This document shows, in pieces, positions 58,993 through 64,000 of a stretch of DNA of 64,000 bases. Origin of the DNA: Candidatus Multivorans sp. (GTDB taxonomy: Bacteria > Acidobacteriota > Thermoanaerobaculia > Multivoradales > Multivoraceae); NCBI GenBank assembly GCA_965247095.1, contig OZ251997.1, positions 1,184,001 to 1,248,000 on the forward strand, in the 5' to 3' direction. Position 1 is the stretch's first letter; every line of letters starts with the position of its first letter. A model generated the notes under the pieces. The model had not been told where the DNA came from, did no database searches, and saw only the letters and a program-made list of their open reading frames with translations. The position numbers and the translations under genes were made by a program.

Positions 58993-59969
58993 CCGGCGGC
59001 TTCTGGCCAGACGCCGACCTCGCGGTAGTAGCGCTCGGCGCCCGGATGGAAGGGCGTGCCGGTGTTGCGAGCAGCGTTCGCCTCGTTGATCGCGCGGCCG
59101 GCGGGATGCTTGTCGGCCACCGACTGGCGGTTCTCCCAGATCGTCTTCGTGATCTGATAGATCATCTCCTCATCCGCATCGGCTGACGTGATCAGGTGCA
59201 TGGAACCCACGTTCAGACCCGGATAGTCCTCCGTGAGGTCGGAGTAGGCGTCGGCCGGAATGCTCGCAAGCTGGAAGAAGGGATAGTCCCTGGCTAGCTG
59301 CTGCCGCTTCTCCTCGTCGAAGGGCAGGAAGCGGATGTCGTGAGTGCTGCAGGCCTGGGTCACCGCGCCGGTGGGCACCGCCCCGCCCAGAAAGGCGGCG
59401 TCGATCGAACCGTCGCCCAGCATGTCGACCGCGCCGCTCTGCGTGCTGTAGACCTGGGTGAAGTCGTCGTAGGTCACGCCGTGGGCGGCCAGTAGCGGTT
59501 CAACAAACATCTCGAAGCCGGCGCCGGCGACTCCCACCATTGCTCGCCGCCCCGCCAGATCGCTCATGCTCATCACGCCGGAGTCGGCCTTGGTGATGAA
59601 GGTCGCGATGTTCGGCGCCAGCGTCACGACCGCGCGGATGTCGTAGCTCTGCTCCCAACCCGACTCCCCGAGGACCGCGAAGTAGCTGATCGCCGAGTTG
59701 GACATCGCGAGTTGCAGCTCGCCGCGCACCAGCCGGCGGATGTTCTCCTGCGATCCCTTCGTGCCGCGCGGCTGCACCCGCCACTCGTTCTCGCCCCGGT
59801 TCTCGTTCAGGACCTCGGCGATCGCACCGCCGACAACCGGAAAGGCGCCGCCGACCGGCGCGGTTCCCATGCTCAGGAACTGCGGGCTGCCGGCGCCGCC
59901 GTCGCCAGCGTCACCGCAGGCGAGGAGAAGGGCGAACAGCGGGAGTGAAACGAGCGAACGGATCTTCAT
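58989..59969 (-). CDS. TAXI-family TRAP solute receptor (lipoprotein)
   Basis: LLLAC lipobox, GTAPVGGAF, TKGSQEN, PFHPGAERYY. Confidence 0.92.
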   Translation of the reverse strand: MKIRSLVSLPLFALLLACGDAGDGGAGSPQFLSMGTAPVGGAFPVVGGAIAEVLNENRGENEWRVQPRGTKGSQENIRRLVRGELQLAMSNSAISYFAVLGESGWEQSYDIRAVVTLAPNIATFITKADSGVMSMSDLAGRRAMVGVAGAGFEMFVEPLLAAHGVTYDDFTQVYSTQSGAVDMLGDGSIDAAFLGGAVPTGAVTQACSTHDIRFLPFDEEKRQQLARDYPFFQLASIPADAYSDLTEDYPGLNVGSMHLITSADADEEMIYQITKTIWENRQSVADKHPAGRAINEANAARNTGTPFHPGAERYYREVGVWPEAAG

Positions 59970-60037
59970 GCGGGACTCCTCTCGGACCGCGAAAATGCAA
60001 GGACCGCCTGTTACGGAGCACGCGATCCTACCAGCCC

Positions 60038-61339
60038 TCAGCCGTCCGTCGCGGCGATGCAGTAGAGGAAGCTCGCGGTGCGCAGATAGAGCCTGCCGGG
60101 CGCCACGCCGAGCGACGACAGGGTGAAGCCCTGGACCTGGTTTGTGGCCAGGATCTCGAACTCTGGGCCGTCGCGGACGACCGTGGTCACCCCGTCCTCA
60201 TTCGTGGCATAGACCTTGCCGTCGGCAACCAGGAGCGACGCGCTGTAGGTGCCCGGGGTCAGGCGCTGGTCCTTCCAGACCGGCTCACCCGTGACCGCAT
60301 CGAGCCGCGACAGCAGACCGTTGTCCCGCAGCAGGTAGAGCGTCTCGCCGTCGGTCGCCGGCGTCGGCACGTCCGGTCCGCGGTCCGTCTGCCACAGCGT
60401 CTCCGGCTCGCCGCCGTCCCCCAGCCGCAGCGCCTTCATCGGATTGACGCGAGTGGGCACGAACACCAGGTCGCCGACCGAAACAGGCGACGCGACGACC
60501 CGGTACATCGGGCTGTCCCTCGGGTTGAAGCCTCCCACCCGCCACAGCTCGCGGCCGCTCTCCGGGTCGTGGCCGGTGGCGTAGTCGCCGCCGTTCAAGA
60601 CCAGCACGTGGCCATCGCCGCTCTCGACCAGGGCAGGCGTGATGTAGGCGTCCGGCGACTCCATCCGGGCGTCCGTGGGGCGCTCCTGCCGCCAGATCGT
60701 CTCGCCCGAATCGGCGTCGACCGCCAGCAGGTAGGACGGGTCGTCCGTCTTCATGCCGTGCAGCACAGGCACGTAGAGCACACCCTCCCACAGCAGCGCC
60801 GAGGAGCCGTAACCGTGGTTCAGGCCGAAGGCGCCGTAGTCCTGTTCGAGTTCGCGCGCCCAAAGCCGGTTGCCGCCCATGTCGTAGGCCTGCAGGGCGC
60901 CGGTGCCGGTCAGCACCCAGACCCGCTCGCCGTCCGTCACCGGCGACGGCGACGACATGTTGTGCTTGCGCTGGAACCGGTTGCCGCCAGAGATCGGCCG
61001 CCGCCAGACGACCTCCCCGGAGTCCGCGTCGACCAGCCACAGGGAGAGATCGTCCTCCTCGGCCACGTTCAGGAAGATCCGCTTGCCGACCACGATCGGC
61101 GTGGCGCCCGAGCGATCCGGGAGCGGCAGCTTCCAGACGATGTTCCGCTCCGATTCGCCGTCGTGCGACCACTCGACCGGCAGACCGGTGTGGGCGCTGT
61201 ACCCGTTGCGGTCGGGGCCCCGCCAGTTCGGCCACTCCGATGCCCCGACCGCCGCGGCGGCGAGGATCGAAAGGGACGCACAAAGGACGCGAACCGCGCG
61301 GCGGGATCGAACCGGGGACCGCAGGCAGATGCGGCTCAC
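60038..61339 (-). CDS. PQQ-binding-like beta-propeller protein
   Basis: Signal peptide, WPNWRGP, repeated D..SG..W blades. Confidence 0.85.
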   Translation of the reverse strand: MSRICLRSPVRSRRAVRVLCASLSILAAAAVGASEWPNWRGPDRNGYSAHTGLPVEWSHDGESERNIVWKLPLPDRSGATPIVVGKRIFLNVAEEDDLSLWLVDADSGEVVWRRPISGGNRFQRKHNMSSPSPVTDGERVWVLTGTGALQAYDMGGNRLWARELEQDYGAFGLNHGYGSSALLWEGVLYVPVLHGMKTDDPSYLLAVDADSGETIWRQERPTDARMESPDAYITPALVESGDGHVLVLNGGDYATGHDPESGRELWRVGGFNPRDSPMYRVVASPVSVGDLVFVPTRVNPMKALRLGDGGEPETLWQTDRGPDVPTPATDGETLYLLRDNGLLSRLDAVTGEPVWKDQRLTPGTYSASLLVADGKVYATNEDGVTTVVRDGPEFEILATNQVQGFTLSSLGVAPGRLYLRTASFLYCIAATDG

Positions 61340-64000
61340 GCGGCGTCCCTCGCCGCGGCCGGCGCCCCGGCTTCCCCGCCGGCCGCCTCATCCGGCGCCT
61401 CGGACGCCTCCGGCATCAGCAGCACCCGGATCAGGTTCTCGCCGCCGAGATAGTCGCGGGCGGCGCCGCGGATCATGTCCGCGTCGAGCTGGTCGAACAG
61501 TTCTTCGTACTCCAGGATGCTGAGAGGCTCCTCGCCGAATCGGTACACGGTCTGCAGCACCCCCAACCAGAAGCCGTTGGTTTCCTTGGCTGTCTCGCGG
61601 CCCCGCCGCTGCTGCTCCCGGATTTGGGCGATCTCCTCGTCCGTGGCCGGGTCGGTCCGGATAGTGGCAATCTCCTCGTCCACCGCCCGAAGCAGCTCCT
61701 CGACCCGGTCGGGATCGCAGCCGAAGCTGATCTGCACGGCAAATGTCGAAACCGGGATCCTGTCCGAGCCTCCGCCCACGTTCGCGCCGTAGGTGCCGCC
61801 GAGTTCCTCCCGCAGGCGCTCGCGCAGACGGTCCCGCAGTAGCGAAATCATCGAGTTCAGCCGGTAGCGGTTCACCTGGCTCTGCTCGAAGGGGCCGCTA
61901 TGCACCAGGGCGATCTGGCTCTGCGCCTCCAGGCCCTTGTACACCGTCCGCTCGATGCGGCCCTCCGGCGTGCGCACGCCGATGTCCCGCCAGGCTTCCT
62001 CCCGGCCGGTGGACGGGAGGCCGCCGAGCCAGGTCTCGACCAGGGGTTCGATCGCGTCGAGCTCGAAGCTGCCGGCGAAGAAGAACGTGAAGTCGGAGAA
62101 GTCGCGGAACCGGTCCTCGTAGACGGCGAAGACGCGGTCCTGATCGAGTTCCGCCAGCATCTCCTCGGTGATCATGCGACGCCGCGGATGCTCCTGAGTC
62201 GCGATCTCCGTCAGCGCCTTGATGAAGGCGTACCTCGGCATCGCGCTCTGGTTGCGCAGCAGGGCGCCCTGGCGGGTCAGGAAGGACTCGTACGCCTCCG
62301 CGTCGCGGCGGGGTGACGTCGCGCTCAGATAGATCAGCTCGAACAGCGTCTCCAGATCCTTGGGCGAGCCCCGACCGCTGATGCCCTCGAAGAGGGGGCC
62401 GATGACCGGGCCGACCCGCGCCACCTTGCCGGCCAGCGCCTTGTTCAACTGGGTCAGGCTGAAGTTCCCGAACCCGGAAAGCTGGGCCACCGAGGTCGCC
62501 ACGTTCGCTTCGAGCCAGTCGTCGTCCGAAACCAGGGAGATGCCTCCGGGACTGAAGGAGGCGACCAGGATCTCGTCGTTCTTGAAATCGCTGGGCCGCA
62601 GCACGACCCGGACGCCGTTCGACAGGCGCCACTCCGTGACCCCGAGTTCCTCGATCGCCCTTCGCTCCGTGATCTCGCCGGGAGCCGGCGGATCCGGCAC
62701 CAGAGCGCCCTCGCCGACATCGTCCTCGTAGGCAACGACCTCGACCTGCTCAACCCGGTCGAAGACAGCCAGCAATTCCTCCTCGTGCGGCTGCTCGAGC
62801 CCCTCCTTCTCGGGGCCGCTGGCGAGAATCACGCGGTCGTGGTCGTGGATCCAGGAATCCGCGACCCCGTTCACTGCAGCCAACTCGATCTCGGGCACGT
62901 ACCGCCGCGCCAGCTCCCGTTCGTAGACGATGCCCGGAAACGGCTCGTCGGTCAGGAAGTTCCGCGAGTACTCGCCGGCATAGGCCGCCGAATGGGTTTT
63001 GTCGCGCTCATCGTACGCCCGGTCCATCGACCGCAGGGTGTTGACCTTCGCCCGTTCCAGCTCGCTCTCTTCGAAACCGTGGCGGCGGGCCCGCTCCAAT
63101 TCGGTCAGCACGGCTTCGAGCGCCCGCACCGCGCCGCCCTCGCGGGCGCCGGCCGAGAGCATGTAGAGGCTGCGCGTGCGGGCCAGACTGCCCCTGCTGC
63201 TGGTCGCGCCGATGAAGGGCGGATCCGCCTGCTCGGCCCGCTCCGCCAGACGGTTGTTCAGCATGCCGTTGTACAGGCCCCGGATCAGCCGGCTGCGGTA
63301 GTCGGCAACCGTGTGGAAGGGATCGTCCGGGCCCTTGTAAGCGACCGAGACCGAGGTGCCCGGCAACTCCGGATCGGCGAACACCGAGACCAGCGTCTCG
63401 CGGTGGGGAGGGATCTCGGCCTCGAAGCGCTCGCGCGGCTCTTCCCGGGCCGCGAGCTTGCCGAAACGGCTGCGCACCTCTGCCGCGATCGCCGCGGCAT
63501 CGAAGTCGCCGACCGCGATGACCGCCATCAGGTCGGGCCGGTACCAGTCCCGGTAGAAGTCCCGCAGCCGGTCCGGCAGAGCTTCCCGCAGGATCTCCGG
63601 GTCGCCGATCGGCAACCTCTCCGCGTAGCGCGAGCCGTGGAACCGGTACGGGATCTCGGCATCGAGGCGGCGCGCGCCGGCGCCCCGGCCGCCCCGCCAC
63701 TCCTCGATCACGACCCCGCGCTCGCTCTCGATCTCCTCTTCCTCGAAGCTGACGCCGGACGCCCAGTCCTCGAGCACCAGGAGCGCCGTGTCGAGAATCT
63801 CCGGGTCGTCCGTCGGCACTTCCAGCATGTAGACCGTTTCGTCGAAGCCCGTGTAGGCGTTGACGTCCGGCCCGAAGCGCATGCCGATGCCCTGCAGGTA
63901 GTCGAGCAGCTCGGTCTTCTCGAAGTTCCGCGTGCCGTTGAACGCCATGTGTTCGACGAAGTGGGCCAGGCCGAGCTGGTCGTCGTCCTCGAGCACCGAG
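61336..64000 (-). CDS. M16 (insulinase/PqqL-like) zinc protease, 5' end outside the window
   Basis: GLAHFVEHMAFNGT (HxxEH), NAYT.FDETVY, RLPIG, second half LSNGVRV. Confidence 0.93.
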   Translation of the reverse strand, partial: SVLEDDDQLGLAHFVEHMAFNGTRNFEKTELLDYLQGIGMRFGPDVNAYTGFDETVYMLEVPTDDPEILDTALLVLEDWASGVSFEEEEIESERGVVIEEWRGGRGAGARRLDAEIPYRFHGSRYAERLPIGDPEILREALPDRLRDFYRDWYRPDLMAVIAVGDFDAAAIAAEVRSRFGKLAAREEPRERFEAEIPPHRETLVSVFADPELPGTSVSVAYKGPDDPFHTVADYRSRLIRGLYNGMLNNRLAERAEQADPPFIGATSSRGSLARTRSLYMLSAGAREGGAVRALEAVLTELERARRHGFEESELERAKVNTLRSMDRAYDERDKTHSAAYAGEYSRNFLTDEPFPGIVYERELARRYVPEIELAAVNGVADSWIHDHDRVILASGPEKEGLEQPHEEELLAVFDRVEQVEVVAYEDDVGEGALVPDPPAPGEITERRAIEELGVTEWRLSNGVRVVLRPSDFKNDEILVASFSPGGISLVSDDDWLEANVATSVAQLSGFGNFSLTQLNKALAGKVARVGPVIGPLFEGISGRGSPKDLETLFELIYLSATSPRRDAEAYESFLTRQGALLRNQSAMPRYAFIKALTEIATQEHPRRRMITEEMLAELDQDRVFAVYEDRFRDFSDFTFFFAGSFELDAIEPLVETWLGGLPSTGREEAWRDIGVRTPEGRIERTVYKGLEAQSQIALVHSGPFEQSQVNRYRLNSMISLLRDRLRERLREELGGTYGANVGGGSDRIPVSTFAVQISFGCDPDRVEELLRAVDEEIATIRTDPATDEEIAQIREQQRRGRETAKETNGFWLGVLQTVYRFGEEPLSILEYEELFDQLDADMIRGAARDYLGGENLIRVLLMPEASEAPDEAAGGEAGAPAAARDAA

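Overview
A GC-rich bacterial chromosomal window. Gene content and the adhesin architecture suggest Acidobacteriota, possibly host- or sponge-associated (inference only). The core backbone is ssb, mutS, tsaB, then ydcH-like, psd, pssA, trxB, a TRAP transporter, MATE, SDR, asnS, rnc, mutL, recO and mgtE. Next come an F420 biosynthesis operon (npdG-cofE-cofD-cofC-fbiC), a TAXI-TRAP transporter, a beta-propeller protein and an M16 protease. The strongest sequence-level discovery is a 16,270-bp segment (4199-20468) inserted right after the tsaB stop codon. It is bounded by inverted ends (27/32 identity) and a 5-bp direct repeat (TCGGG), so it looks like a single cargo transposon. It carries a frameshifted DDE transposase, tRNA-Asn with a consensus promoter, three nested IS elements (IS1182-like, ISL3, IS21), a ~2470-aa FN3/cadherin/Ig/Calx-beta surface protein and a wrecked pckA. 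Other candidate systems: a dual-OB + DUF488 + DUF488 three-gene cassette (putative conflict/defence module), a duplicated Phd-VapC locus fused to a 5'-truncated HEPN-like gene, and a DUF2085 gene surrounded by three paralogous Cys-Cys membrane proteins. All family assignments come from motif recognition, not database searches.
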